A program made the translations under genes and the position numbers. 64,000 bases of DNA from Octopus bimaculoides (Eukaryota), in the NCBI RefSeq assembly GCF_001194135.2, contig NC_068998.1:26601941-26665940 (forward strand), read 5' to 3'. This document shows positions 29,090 to 41,919 of this stretch, piece by piece. The first letter of the stretch is position 1; each line of letters begins with the position of its first letter. The notes below the pieces were generated by a model. It worked only from the letters and a program-made list of their open reading frames with translations, was not told the origin of the DNA and did not search any database.

Positions 29090-32000
29090 TCATAAATTAT
29101 GAGTTGTTTGTATGACAACACTGTTACAGTATAAATATAAAGTCAGTTTTGTCACATAAAAACTGGCAGTTATCGCTATCAATGTGTATTTATTAAACTA
29201 TTTTGCTCATTAGCTTTGGAAATTCTTTAAACCACTTTAGAAATGCCTGCCAATTAACTCACTCTATTATTTATTGTTAGCCAAAGAAGAAATCTTTTCA
29301 ATATTACCATCATGTTTAACAACAACAGCTCCCAGCAAGATAATTGTTTTTATGCTGATAACAATCAGAACAAGGCAGAAACATTGCTAGTAGAGAATAG
29401 AGAAGATCAAACTGAATGAATAATAGTCAGAACAGACAAGTACATGAATGAACAAAGAGCCAGTGGTGCTAAAATCAAGTGAACCAGAGATCATAAACCA
29501 ATTATATTTTGTAACAGATTTTCATAGACAAACTTGTCCATTCATAGGTTTCGAAGTAACTTTTTTTATTAGTTATGCTTTTTACACACTGCTTTTAATT
29601 TCTATATAATATGACAATATGATACCCACAAATTCTTTTTCTATCCTGTACAATAATTTTGTTAAGGAGACTTCTATATTGGTTTTTCAGTGTTGAAGAC
29701 ACATCTTCCTGAAATATCAGCTTTAAAACAAGAATGTAGATGTTTAAAATCCTAAACCTTGCAACTGCACTTTACACAATAAAATGGAATGTAGATAGAA
29801 TTTTTAAAATTCAACTTAGACTGATAACATGAATATAGCATATCTTGGCTGCAGGACACCCAGGTATTTTTGATTGACTACCTTTGTGGTATGCTCCCCT
29901 ACAAATAACAAAACAATTAGCTTTATTACTGTGACAATAATCAGTAATTATTGTGCTTGGACCATTTAGTTAATCTGCTTCTGAAGAATCCACTTCATCA
30001 GTACCTATCTCCAGTTTCCATAATGTCCAGTATTTTCCCCTGGATAGAACGACAGGCCATCAAAGATAGTCTTTAGTACATGATGAAATGAGCTTAGGAC
30101 TGCATACCAATAAAATACTTATCACTTCTACAATGTTGTTGTTGCTAGTGAATTACACATCTGTGGTGTCTCTCAAGAGTTAAATGTATTTGACAATCAG
30201 AACCTATGTGCTTTAACTATAAATACAATGCAATGTTAATGACATAATATGAATTACTTGCTGTCAAGAACTCTGTGAATGTGGGCACCTCTACTTTCCC
30301 ATTTAACCAGATTAATGACTGTTAATCCAACTGACATGATATTTTTCATATATACTCATATGAACACAGTCCGAAATCATTATTTTGGAAACCACAATAT
30401 GTCATATCTTAATGACAGTTAATATTTAAACTTGATTTGTTCAAATTTATACTTGATTGTACTTAAAAAATTGAAAATTTAATTAATTTTCTAAATTTTA
30501 CACTTTGAAATGCTATGAAACAGGTTCAATTAGATGCAGTTTTCAAATAATATATTTATTTAGCCTAGTTGCTATATTTGAAAACTGCTCAGGGTTACTT
30601 GAACAGTAGCATACAAGGATTTACATGCAGCTTAGATCTTTCTCTCTATAAATTATTATTACTTCATCTTAACTTGTGTCGAACATCGCCATAGTAAAGT
30701 AGCATATGTATTCTTCATTATTTACATCTTATGTAATTTCTTGGAACTTTCTTGGAACCTCAACAGCTCTACCTTCTTTGATCAGTTCTGGTAAAGCAAA
30801 GGAAAACAAAAACTGATTCAAAGACTCTCTATAGATAAATCAGCATGATACATTTTTTTTAATATATCTTTTCCCCTTGAAGCATAGATATCAAGTGCCA
30901 GAAAAGCAAATGGGAGAAGCAAAAATAATTCCTTTGTTTTTTTTTTTTTTTTTTTTTTTTTNNNNNNNNNNTTTTTTTTCTTTTTTTTTTCCACTACTAT
31001 AGCACATTAGCACCTTCATTCTCTGCTATGAATAATTCATAGATTTCTTACAATCACCTTCGAAATTTTCATTTCTTTCAAGCTTTTAAATCTTGAAAAT
31101 TAAAGACCATTTCAGAAGTATTTTCTTCTTTTAGAATCACTTCCTTCATTGGATTGAAGTGAATGAGAAGAAAAAGATTGACAATAATCAATGTTTCCAA
31201 AGAATGGTCAATTTATTTATGACTTTCTACCTGACAGTCTTTTTTTTTTTTTTATCTTTCACATATATATGTTGAATATAAAATGGTTGGGAAAAAAGTG
31301 ATTTGGAAAATAGCTTCTCCAAATCAATTTTATTGCCCAGGAATATTTCAAACTAAAAATGGAGAAAAGCTATTTACTAATGCATCTTTTTAATCATATT
31401 GTAGAATATTTTTGTTTATTTTTTATTCATGTACATTTGGTGACTTGGTAACAGCATTAGCTTTATCAGTCATATGTTTTGAAAAGATAAAAGTCACTGG
31501 ATACATAGAAAGCTACTATGACCTATTCCATAAGAAATGTAAGCTCATTTGTGTACTACCATAAATGGATGTAGTAATCACATGAAGTATATGTCATCAA
31601 AATACTAATGTGAGTGAAATGCCCACTGGTATAAAGATATGTTGAATTGTTTATCAGCATGGTACTTGTATTCTGTCTTTTAACTTTTTTTTATGTTGAC
31701 ATATGTTGCATTCTTGAAGTTCAAATGTAATATGACTTATTGGAATACAAATAGTTCCTATTTTTCCTGCTCTCTCAACCATGGCAACAAAAATAATGTA
31801 TATTGCTTTTAGACAATATTTCTGACTATGAAAATGTTCGTAATTTATAGCCTAAAACTGAAAAGCTATACTTCATTAACACTTAGTCATTTTACCTAAT
31901 ATGTACCTTTTTAATAGCATCAACATTGTTCCCTGAACATTTCTCAACAATAAATCATATGCAAAGTTAAAAACTATTAAAACTATATATATTGATGCAA

Positions 32001-32960
32001 TCTGTACTAAGAAACTCATAAGATAGTTAAATATGAAATAACATACTTTTTTGCCAAGCTTATAAGAATCTAGAAACTTTGAGAGAACATGAAATAACTT
32101 GTTTTCAACAATCAAACTCAAAGTAAATTCACATGCAACCTTTGACTTTGTGTATCTAAATGGTTTTAACCTAATGTGTACATGCTCTTTTACATAGCAT
32201 TATCTACTTCAAGTTCAACTGTTAAAAATCAAATATTGTGTTTGTTTAATATATTATATAGATAGAGCTTGCTTAGTAAAAATGGTTACATGGAATACTT
32301 GAATAAGTTCTGATTGGAAATGTCTGCTGGAACCTATGACTTTGTAATGATCACAAAACTGATATCAAAAGAGAAAGGTGACAGTTTTTTAATAGGGAGT
32401 GCACAACATTTTATCTGTGGCTTTGGCTTAAGGAAACATGGCCTCATTATCAGAGGCTGGTAATATTGTTTAAAAGAATGTATTTTTGAACTATCATTGT
32501 ACCAAAGACACATCTTTTGGAATAGCAATTTCAACATGGTAAAATAAATGTGACAAGGGAATTCTGTATTCTTTTCACTGCTGCTTCCCTTTCATGTCTG
32601 TAGGAACTGAATGTATTCTGCTAATATAATTATCTGCTGGAATTCCTGAAATAATCTTTTATAAATAGATTCCTTTTCTAATGGAATATAATTGACTACA
32701 AAATGTTAATAAAATCTTCAGAGTCTGAAGTAATTTTTAGATATCCTGTATTCTATAATATCTACTGGTTGAAACTCATTAACATCTGTTTCTGAAGTTC
32801 TGGAAGCATTTGACAAATTCTTATTTGTTGAATACCCAAGTTCAGTTCTATTTAAGTAGAAGTAACCAACTGAATGCAATTGAATCAGTGCTTTGATTGT
32901 CATTCATGCTGATCAATGTAGCAGTTAAATTCCCATCAACATTTTTCCTGACATGTTTAA

Positions 32961-33184
32961 CCCTTTTGTTACTATATTTCAGTTAAAATACACTGCCTTT
33001 GTTGCAATTAATTTTGAAAATAATGAAGAATTTAGCAAAATAACTTTTTTTATTATCAAACTGGTGTTTGGAACATTGATTAACATAAAATTTTGAAGGA
33101 AGGCTTTTAATTTATATCACTTTCAAACAAAAAGTTTGCATCATTTAATCAAGGGTAGTCTTAGGTAGGTAGATATAAAAAGGG
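32961..33184. mobile_element. piggyBac-like MITE (TTAA-CCCTT...AAGGG-TTGA)
   Basis: ttaa at 32957-60 followed by cccttttg; aaaaaggg followed by ttga at 33185-88. Interior shared with ~24690-24850 (same strand) and ~40590-40745 (inverted). Confidence 0.55.
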
Positions 33185-33215
33185 TTGACCCTTTTTTTTT
33201 ATCACTTCTCCCCAG

Positions 33216-33409
33216 AGACCATTTATTTTTTTAGTCAGTATTTCTCACAAGAAAGGATAAAAAATGAAGCAAACAAATCACCATGTTTAAACATTTTAAA
33301 CCTGGTCAACACCATAGTAAAGAAAGAAGAATTTTATAGAAGCAAACTGATTTTTGTTTCCTCATTAATAAAAGGTGTAAAGGAACCAAACATTTTTTTA
33401 AAGCTTTTG
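33216..33409 (+). CDS. Weak candidate coding exon of unknown product
   Basis: Strong acceptor (T-run, atcacttctccccAG at 33214-15) and donor TTG|GTGAGT (33410) inside the 112-codon ORF 33185-33523. Peptide TIYFFSQYFSQERIKNEANKSPCLNILNLVNTIVKKEEFYRSKLIFVSSLIKGVKEPNIFLKLL; no recognisable domain. Confidence 0.25.
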
Positions 33410-33636
33410 GTGAGTGAGGCTCGTATTTTTCAGTTTGTGAACTGCAATCTTACAAATGCATGTCTTTTTTCCATCACCAAAAATCACATAGCCATGATAA
33501 ATTGGATACCAGTTTATCTTTAAAAGGAGCACCTTTTCAAGCGGCTTTTACTTAGTAGTGAAATGGTAATGTAATAGGAATATAGGAATTGTACCTTTTC
33601 TTAACTTTATAAAATAGAACCAGCAGAGGCCTTTCC

Positions 33637-34013
33637 ATCTTTTATCTTTTACTTGTTTCAGTCATTAGACTGCAGCTATGCTAGGGCACTGTCTTGAAGA
33701 ATTTTTAGTTAAAGGAACTGACCCCAGTAAGCCTGGTATTTATTCTATTGGTCTAAGTTATGGGGGCATAAATACACCAATAGCAGTTGTCAAGCAGTGA
33801 TGGGAACAAACACAGACACAAAGATGCACACACACACATATGTATACATGATGGGCTTCTTTCAGTTTCTGTCTACCAAATCCACTCACAAGGCAAGGCT
33901 TCAGTCAGCACTAAGTTATAGTAGAAGACATTTGCCCAAGGTGCCATGCAGTGGGACTGAACTTAAAACCATGTGGTTGGGAAACAAGCATTTTATCACA
34001 CTACCACATCTGC
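33637..34013 (-). mobile_element. SINE family A copy, near full length, CpG-erased
   Basis: Colinear with 5863-6208; zero CpG by hand count. Confidence 0.88.
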
Positions 34014-34838
34014 AGCTAAGCACAATAATACTTAACCAGTCGAACCTTTTGACCAATGCATACCTTTCCTGTTAGCAACAATTGAACATATGCACATCTA
34101 AAATACCATACATATATTCAGGTGCCAATGAAAGGCAGATTTAAGTTTGAGTTTAAAACAAATTTCATACTGGAGAAAAACAAAAGATACAAGTTATTCT
34201 TGGCAAAGCATTAAATTAGATTTCCCCCAAAGAATAATGTATTTTAATCAGTCAACAAGTTCTAAAAATTCCTTTGTTGTGATGATTCAATTTATAAATA
34301 GCAGATTCAAAACTATAAAGATGAGTTTTGGTAGCTGAATATTGATAAAATCATGGAATTAGATTATCAAAGATAAAACATTAGTGCTTGAGGTGTGTTA
34401 TTTGAAAGACTTAGGAAACCTTGTGAAGAAGTGTTGGGCCAGTTATCTAGTATGTCAAAAACTACTTCAGAAATTGGGATATGCTCCAACAATATATAAA
34501 AATGTTTGTTTTAAATCAGATAAATAAATAAATAAATATATATATAAATAAATAATGATAATCATTTGTTTTGCCAAGATGTTGCCAAGGTAATGATTTA
34601 TTAGTAGTTCTATTGAACTTGAAAATTTGAAAAAGAAAATTGATAACAACAGCTTCATGATTCAAGAACAACTCTGGTAATGACAGATAAACACCTTGAA
34701 ACACACATTTTACACACTGACCAACTCTATTTATAAGATTTGCTTATGTATGTATGTATGTATGTATGTATGTATGTATGCATGCATGCATGCACATATG
34801 TATGTTTGTATGTGTGTGTGTATACAGGCACACATATG

Positions 34839-34884
<46 letters not shown>

Positions 34885-34889
34885 GAAAC

Positions 34890-35030
34890 ATACATGCATG
34901 AGGTTGTACTAAGAAAAGTTCCTGGCTTTGGGTACAGCAGGGTTATGATTTTATTCAGCATTTTCTCCTCTCAGATTCACACACTTATTGCAGCAGTCCT
35001 TCAGTTTTCCTAAACCCTGTAAAAGAACTC
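34890..35030 (-). mobile_element. 3' end fragment of a second, different mariner family
   Basis: Minus strand reads LQGLGKLKDCCNKCVNLRGENAE*, matching the mariner C-terminal pattern (kL..R..KC....G.YvE*). It is followed by a mariner-like terminus (plus strand gaggttgtactaagaaaagttcctggcttt) unlike the 49595 TIR. Confidence 0.7.
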
Positions 35031-35034
35031 AAAA

Positions 35035-35182
35035 GGTTGAGTAAGAAGTTTGCATCCCAGTCACATGATTCTGGATTCAGTCTCATTGTGTGGCACTTTG
35101 GGCAAGTATCTTCTACTATGGTCTTGGGCTGACCAAAGACTTGTGAGTAGATCTTGTTAGACAGAAACTGAAAGACGCCCAT

Positions 35183-35227
<45 letters not shown>

Positions 35228-35310
35228 CTGTGTTTGTCCCTCACCACTGCTTGACAACTGGTCTTGGTGTGTTTCCATCCCTATTACTTAGTGATTTGGC
35301 AAAAAACACT
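35035..35310 (+). mobile_element. SINE family A copy
   Basis: gtaagaagtttgc...ggcactttgggcaagtatcttctactat...(TG)n...cttgacaactgg. Confidence 0.85.
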
Positions 35311-35339
35311 TATAGACTTTGGAGATTTGGCCAGCTAAA

Positions 35340-35908
35340 TCATTATTAGTCTGTGTGGTATTAAGTTAATCTTCGCTTTATACAATTTCTGTTAAGATGA
35401 ATTTTTCTGGGGTTTGTGGGGTTCAGTTGAATAGTAATTAGGTTGTGCAGTGGGTTGTAATGGAGAGGTGTTGTAGAGAAATTTTTATTGAATAAATTTG
35501 GGGTGATGTTATTGTTTAGAATTTATTTATGCTTGTATAACTTTGTAAGCAAAGTATTAAATCCAATAAAACCAAAAATAACTCAAGCTAATGACACATC
35601 TGCTGACCAAACTTTCCCTCTTCCTACCTACTTCCTTTCTGTAAGCCACTAAAAAACAGTCCCATGACCTGAAGCTGACACACAAATATACACACCTATT
35701 TAAAGAGTTCTACATGCATGAATAAACTCTGAACAATAGCATAACGCCAAATTAATCAATAAAAATTTCTCCACGCCATCCTTCCATCACAACCCACCTA
35801 ATAACCTAATTACCATTCAATTGAACCTCACAAGCCCCACAAAATTTTTACCCTAACAGAGACTGTATGAAGCCAAGATTAATTTGATGCTTAACAGTCT
35901 GTTGATGG
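35340..35908. repeat. Long inverted repeat / foldback (arms 35340-35548 and 35699-35908, 150-bp spacer)
   Basis: Hand alignment of the left arm to the reverse complement of the right arm gives about 209 columns, 46 substitutions and 2 gaps (~77% identity). Confidence 0.9.
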
Positions 35909-35923
35909 CTTATACATGCATAC

Positions 35924-35956
<33 letters not shown>

Positions 35957-35989
35957 CATACACACATGTGTGTGTGTGTGTATTATATA

Positions 35990-36146
35990 TACGATGAGCA
36001 TCTTTCAGCTTCTATCTACCAAATCCATTTATAAGGCTTTGATCTGCTTGAGACTACAGTAAAAGACACTTACCCAAAGTGCCACCTTGGGAATGAATCT
36101 TAAACTGCATGCTTGGGAGGCGAGCTTCTGATCCACACAGCAGCAG
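35990..36146 (-). mobile_element. SINE family A copy (5' half)
   Basis: ctttcagcttctatctaccaaatcc...aagacacttacccaaagtgccac...ccacacagc. Confidence 0.8.
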
Positions 36147-37424
36147 AGTATCAACTTACATGACTTGGGTATTTTTCTTTTTTGTAGGGTTTATTGAAAG
36201 CAGGAAGTGTATTACTCATAACCCTCTTCTGGATATCTGGGGCAGCTGAGTGCCTTCACTGAAAGCTCAGTCCAAATATTGTAACAAAGTAAACTTCTGC
36301 TAAAGACACATTAGCTCCAGTAGTGGTGTTAAACCTGGGCCAGAGGTTAAATTCTACCTCTTTTAAACAGGTAATACAAGCCATGACATTCCATTCACAA
36401 CATTTTGGCCAACTACAGGTAGTGGTAGAAGACATATTAACAAGCTGATTCACCTACCCAACGAAAAGTATTATGTCTATATGGATGGAGACCAAAGATT
36501 TTTAGTACTAAACTTTAGGTCAATACGCCCTAAAATGAAGGACTATCAATGACTTGTAATATTCATGGAATGTTTTGTTTGATTGATTAGTTCTGTCATA
36601 GAACTATTCTGACAAAACTGATTGGAAGTGGTGAGGGATTATCCAACAACAACAGGGTTTAGAAAATTCTTTAATTGGCAATATAGAAGGAATGAATAAA
36701 AAAAATCTGCTAAGCTGCAAAATATATCAGCTAAATGCATTTCATTCTGTGGTAGACATGGCAGAAATCAACTTTTACAAAGAAAAAAATATCCTTTAGT
36801 TGCTACAAATGGACTAACAACAATCAGTAGCAGCATTACTGAATATAGCAACCGTAATACAGAACAAGCCAGAAGCATGACAACAATACTGCAAATTAGT
36901 TAGCAGCATTGCTCACAGCTACTCAGTAGATCTTATACTGCATATTACATCATTTTAAAGATATTAGAGTGTTTTGTTTTGTATTGGTTTTGTTTTGTTT
37001 TTTGTTCTTTTATTCTGTTTTGTTTATCTTTTTCCCAATGATTTTTTCCCAATGATTTTCCCCATTGATATATTCAGATGACATACCAAGTACTGTTATT
37101 CTGATTATTTTGGAGTTCTTGAATGAAAGATTTAATCTGACAATTAGTTTAAAACCACCACCTTGCTGTTGGTGCCTTTAAAAGAGCCGAATCTTTTGCA
37201 AGTATTCACACTAGGTTCGTGGTTTGGAGAAAACTTCCAATAGTCTTGAAAACTCTGTAAATGGTCATGGGTGCTGTTTTCTTTCATCCAACTAAGCCAT
37301 CATTAATAAAATATAACAAAACGGATAATTACTTTAGTTACCATTGATTGCTTCCAAACATATTGATTTCTCATCAGATGTATTCTCACAGTGATGCTTC
37401 TGTTCTGCTAGTCTAATATTGCCT

Positions 37425-37965
37425 AGTTGTAGTGTGTTGTAATATATTGTAGTGTGTTGTAATATATTGTAGTGTGTTGTATATTGTAGAGTCATGTATT
37501 GAGTTGTGTTTGTTGTCATGTGCTGTAGTGTGTTACATGGTGCCATGCACTGTGAAGCTCTAGTGAGTTGAAGTGTGTTGTGCATTGTCATTTAGTTGTG
37601 TATTATCGCTTTCAAGTTTTGGTACAAGGCCAGCAATTTCTGAGTAGTAGGTATACGTATGTGGAATACATCGAACCCAGTGCTCAACTAGTGCTTATTT
37701 TATTGACCTCAAAAGGATGAAAAGCAAAGTCGACCTTGGCAGAATTTGAACTCAAAACGTAAAGACAGATGAACATTTTTCCCAGTCTGTAATGATTCTG
37801 TCAGCTTGGAGCCTTAAGTTGTAGTGGATTATTGCATGTCATTATGTTGTAGTGTTTTACAGTATGTTGCAGCATATTGTGGTGTGTAGCAGGTGGATTG
37901 TAGTGTGTATTGTTGAGTGTTTTAGGATGTTATAGTGTGTATTGCAAAGAATTGTGGTACGTTGT
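37425..37965. repeat. Degenerate (GTGTT/GTAGT/ATATT)n pentamer satellite, interrupted by a SINE
   Basis: ttgtagtgtgttgtaatata repeated about 3 times at 37427-37490; the pentamer pattern resumes at ~37820-37960. Confidence 0.8.
37605..37815 (-). mobile_element. SINE family B copy inserted in a pentamer satellite
   Basis: cccagtgctcaactagtgcttattttattgacctcaaaaggatgaaaagcaaagtcgaccttggcagaatttgaactcaaaacgtaaagac. Confidence 0.85.
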
Positions 37966-38094
37966 AGTGTGTGGGAGTGCTCTTCAAATACCATTGTTCA
38001 TCCTTACTTCCTTTTCTCTGTATATTTTATTTGCATCAATAGAAAGCATTTCAATGCTGCCATGATTTTTACTTTTGTAATCCACTTTCTCAGT

Positions 38095-38134
<40 letters not shown>

Positions 38135-38224
38135 TTCATCCCTACCACATTTTGTTACAGATATATATGTATATACATGTCTGTATGTATATATAGCAAC
38201 AGCTACACACACACATGCACCCAT

Positions 38225-38281
<57 letters not shown>

Positions 38282-38550
38282 CCTGCACACACACACACAC
38301 ACATAGCTGTATGGCTGTTGTTAAAATTTAGTCTAAGTCAACAGCTGGATGTTACATATTCTCACTGGATAATGAAAAATATAAATCACACAATATAGAT
38401 TTCCTCATAGACTATTAGACTATTTACTGAATATAATACAAGAGATTTTTGAAAGTTTGTGATATTTTCCTTGTTGTGGTTTCTCTATGTCAGTTGTAAT
38501 CCCTCCATAGTGTTATAATGTTGTCAGTATCATATATATATAAATATATA

Positions 38551-38840
38551 GGTGCATGGCTCGGTGGTTAGGGTGTTGCACTTACAGTTGTGAGATCATG
38601 GTTGTAATTCCCGGACTGGGCGATGCATTGTGTTGTTGAGTGAAGCACTTCATTTCACATTGTTCTGTGATCATTTCATCATCTGACATGTGGCACACAG
38701 TGCACTGCTGCAGTAATGTAGATTCGATGGAGGGAGTGAGCTTATGTGAACACAAACATTTAATCACTATAAGCAGATCATTTCTGTGGTTGTTCAGCAA
38801 GAAATTGCTGAACCCTCATACATCATCTAACGACAGGACA
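38551..38840 (+). mobile_element. SINE with family C-like tRNA head and a different 3' module
   Basis: ggtgcatggctcggtggttagggtgttgcact...cccggactgggcgatgc...gcacttcatttcacattg. A related head is at 62124-62290 (+). Confidence 0.75.
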
Positions 38841-39065
38841 GTCCATGATATATCTATAATGTTATAATAAAATTCACAAGTCTTGTTATTTACAGGTACC
38901 CAGGGTTTCATGGGCGAAAAATTTATTTCACCTTCTCATGGAATAAATGTTTCAGCCATGAAACCCTTGGTAGCTGTATTTAACAAGACCTATAGTCTTT
39001 ATTATAACATTATCTTTACTCTCTTAGTTAATTGAGTGCTATACTACTTGTTGAAGCCTTACCAC

Positions 39066-39096
<31 letters not shown>

Positions 39097-39459
39097 NNNN
39101 NNNNNNNNNNNNNNNNNNNNNNNNNNNNNNNNNNNNNNNNNNNNNNNNNNNNNNNNNNNNNNNNNNNNNNNNNNNNNNNNNNNNNNNNNNNNNNNNNNNN
39201 NNNNNNNNNNNNNNNNNNNNNNNNNNNNNNNNNNNNNNNNNNNNNNNNNNNNNNNNNNNNNNNNNNNNNNNNNNNNNNNNNNNNNNNNNNNNNNNNNNNN
39301 NNNNNNNNNNNNNNNNNNNNNNNNNNNNNNNNNNNNNNNNNNNNNNNNNNNNNNNNNNNNNNNNNNNNNNNNNNNNNNNNNNNNNNNNNNNNNNNNNNNN
39401 NNNNNNNNNNNNNNNNNNNNNNNNNNNNNNNNNNNNNNNNNNNNNNNNNNNNNNNNNNN

Positions 39460-39491
<32 letters not shown>

Positions 39492-40157
39492 ATGCTAATA
39501 ATCAGTTATTAAAATTTAGTATACTTATACTAAACTATCAGGTCAGTATAGAGTGTAATATCAATTAATAAATGAATGTCAGTTGGTGACATCGCACCAT
39601 GTAAGCATATATAATAGCAATGATGATGATGGTGTAGTATTAGTTCAACATAACTAGAATACTGGCTAATTTAAATGTATTAATGCTTGATGAACTTCAA
39701 TATATACAGGGTTAAAAATCTCAGAATGTATTGTACTTTCTTATTCTTCTTCTTGTTACAAAATCAATAGAATCAGTGGAATACAAACCCATTGTAATAT
39801 TTTATAGCAAAAATCAAATCAAACTAGTTCTAGACCTAAGATCAAAAACATTCCCTCCACGACCGTCCTGTCTCTTTTTCAATCATAATGTACCCACTAC
39901 ATTATCTAATATGTCCTATTTTTAAAATGGCAGGAAATGATATGAAAGGAATTTGGCAGCTATTTTTAGCAAGGCTAGTGTGTGCATATGTCAAACATCC
40001 TCAATATGGGAGCCGATTCTGCCTACCATAATTAAAATAAGCTGATTGTAAGTTCTAAGTTTTGGAAAAATATGTTACATTATAAAAACAAGGTCACTGC
40101 AAATGTTAATTGTTGATCAGTTGTTTCTTTCAATCAGCTACTTTAGTGTCGTAACAA

Positions 40158-40590
40158 AGCTTGTGTGGTAAGAAGCTTGCTTCCAAACCTCATGTTTCCA
40201 GGTTCAACCCCAATGCATGACACCTTGGGCAAATGTCTTCTACTATAGCCTCAGGCTGACCAAAATCTTGTGAGTGGATTTGGTTGGCAGAAACTGAAAA
40301 AAGATTGTCATATATATATACATATATAAATAAATGTATATATATATATGTATGTATTTATGCGTGTGTGTCTTTGTGTCAGTATTTGTTCCATTACCAT
40401 CACTTGACAACCAGTGTTGGTGTGTTTACATCCCTGTAACTTAGCTGTTCGGCAAAAGAGAACAATAGAATAAGTACTAGGCTTACAAAGAAGAATAAGT
40501 TCTGGGGTCAATTTCTTCAACTAAAACCCTTTAAGGTGGTGCTCCAGCATGGCCACTATCAAATGACAGAAGTGAGTAAAAGAATAAAGA
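40158..40590 (+). mobile_element. SINE family A copy, full length
   Basis: Head tgtgtggtaagaagcttgcttcc through tail ccagcatggccactatcaaatgacagaagtgagtaaaagaataaag. Confidence 0.9.
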
Positions 40591-41623
40591 ATCTATTTCA
40601 TGCCAACCTACCTCAGAAATTAAAACCCTCCATTAAAATTTCATGTTAATTTATGTTTTAAGCACCAGCTAAATTTTACTAAATTTTTCATTAATTTTAT
40701 AGCAGCAGAATCATGGTAACAAAAGGCTTAAATAATTCTTTACCTTAGGAAATGGTAACAATTTAGACAGATTGCTTATTTGTTGACAATAGCATTATGA
40801 TAATTAGATAACTGTCAGAAAAAACCAAAACAGCAGTTATTTATTATACCAGAAACGATGAATAAAAGGTCTTACTTAAACTTATTCTGAAACTTGTTTT
40901 GGTGCTTTGATATATGACTTAGTCATTCGTCTTTGGTGTATTTCTATTTTGCTGGTTTACTTCGGTAACCAAATTTATGTTTTTCCCTTGGTGGATATCA
41001 CATTCATTGATTTAGCTTTTTGAGTACGCTGTCTACTTCTCTGGCATATCCTGGAGGAAATGCAACTTATTGGCTTACTTTTGCTGTATGTGGATTTTAA
41101 TAGCTTATCTTTGCTATGTGCATGTCTTATTCATTTTACTTATTGTCTGCTTTACTACTTATAGTTAGTTAATGTCTGTCATAATAATTTTACTAAATAA
41201 CTTCCTTACTGGTTTTACCCAAAATTAATGTACCTTTACATTTGGTGACAACAATCAGAAGTTTATTTCCAGTCTTGCATCAAATTAGATATTTATCCCT
41301 TGTGCTTATCCCAAACAGTGCCAACTAATTTTGGGCACGTTTCAACTTATGGAATTTATAACAATATACACTTGTCTTCAATGAAATGTTCACAAGAGTA
41401 GTTTTTCATGTTGATGGGAAAATTCAAATTTAATACCACAAAGTTAAGTATTGCTGACATTGTAAACTGAGCTTTCTTGTGGCATCAGTTTATAACTAGG
41501 TATATTCAGGGTTTAAATATTTAGAATCTTTACTAGAAACGCAATATGGTGTCACACATGTAATAATGATGATGTAAGAAGCCACTAATAGACAATGCAT
41601 CCCTGCAATATAGCAGAACTAGG

Positions 41624-41671
<48 letters not shown>

Positions 41672-41699
41672 GTGTGTGCGTGCGTGCGTGCGCGCGTGC

Positions 41700-41919
41700 C
41701 TGTCTGTCTGTCTGTCTTTGTGTTTGTTCCTCACCACCACTTGACAACTGGTGTTGGTCTGTTTACATCCCTATAAATTATCAGCTCAGCAAAACAAAAC
41801 TGATAGACAAAATACCAAACTTCAAACAGAAAAAAAGAAAGTATTAGGGTTGATTTGTTCAATTAAACCCTCAAAACAGTACTCCAGCATGGCTGCAGTC
41901 AGAAGGCTGAAACAAGTAA
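41700..41919 (+). mobile_element. SINE family A 3' half, preceded by (TG)n and ending at a gap
   Basis: ccaccacttgacaactggtgttgg...actccagcatggctgcagtc...ctgaaacaagtaa. Confidence 0.8.

Noticed and set aside
36188-36370. Acceptor/donor-bounded segment with a signal-peptide-like frame (GLLKAGSVLLITLFWISGAAEC)
   Set aside because: All three frames hit stops before the donor and there is no ATG. It could only be a UTR exon, which is unsupported without RNA data.
38896-39035. Open frame after ttatttacAG (GTQGFMGEKFISPSHGINVSAMKPL...)
   Set aside because: No convincing donor and no recognisable motif.
40923-41165. GPCR TM6-like FGVFLFCWF and signal-like MQLIGLLLLY
   Set aside because: Short, stop-bounded frames in T-rich DNA, where hydrophobic peptides arise by chance; no coherent splice sites.
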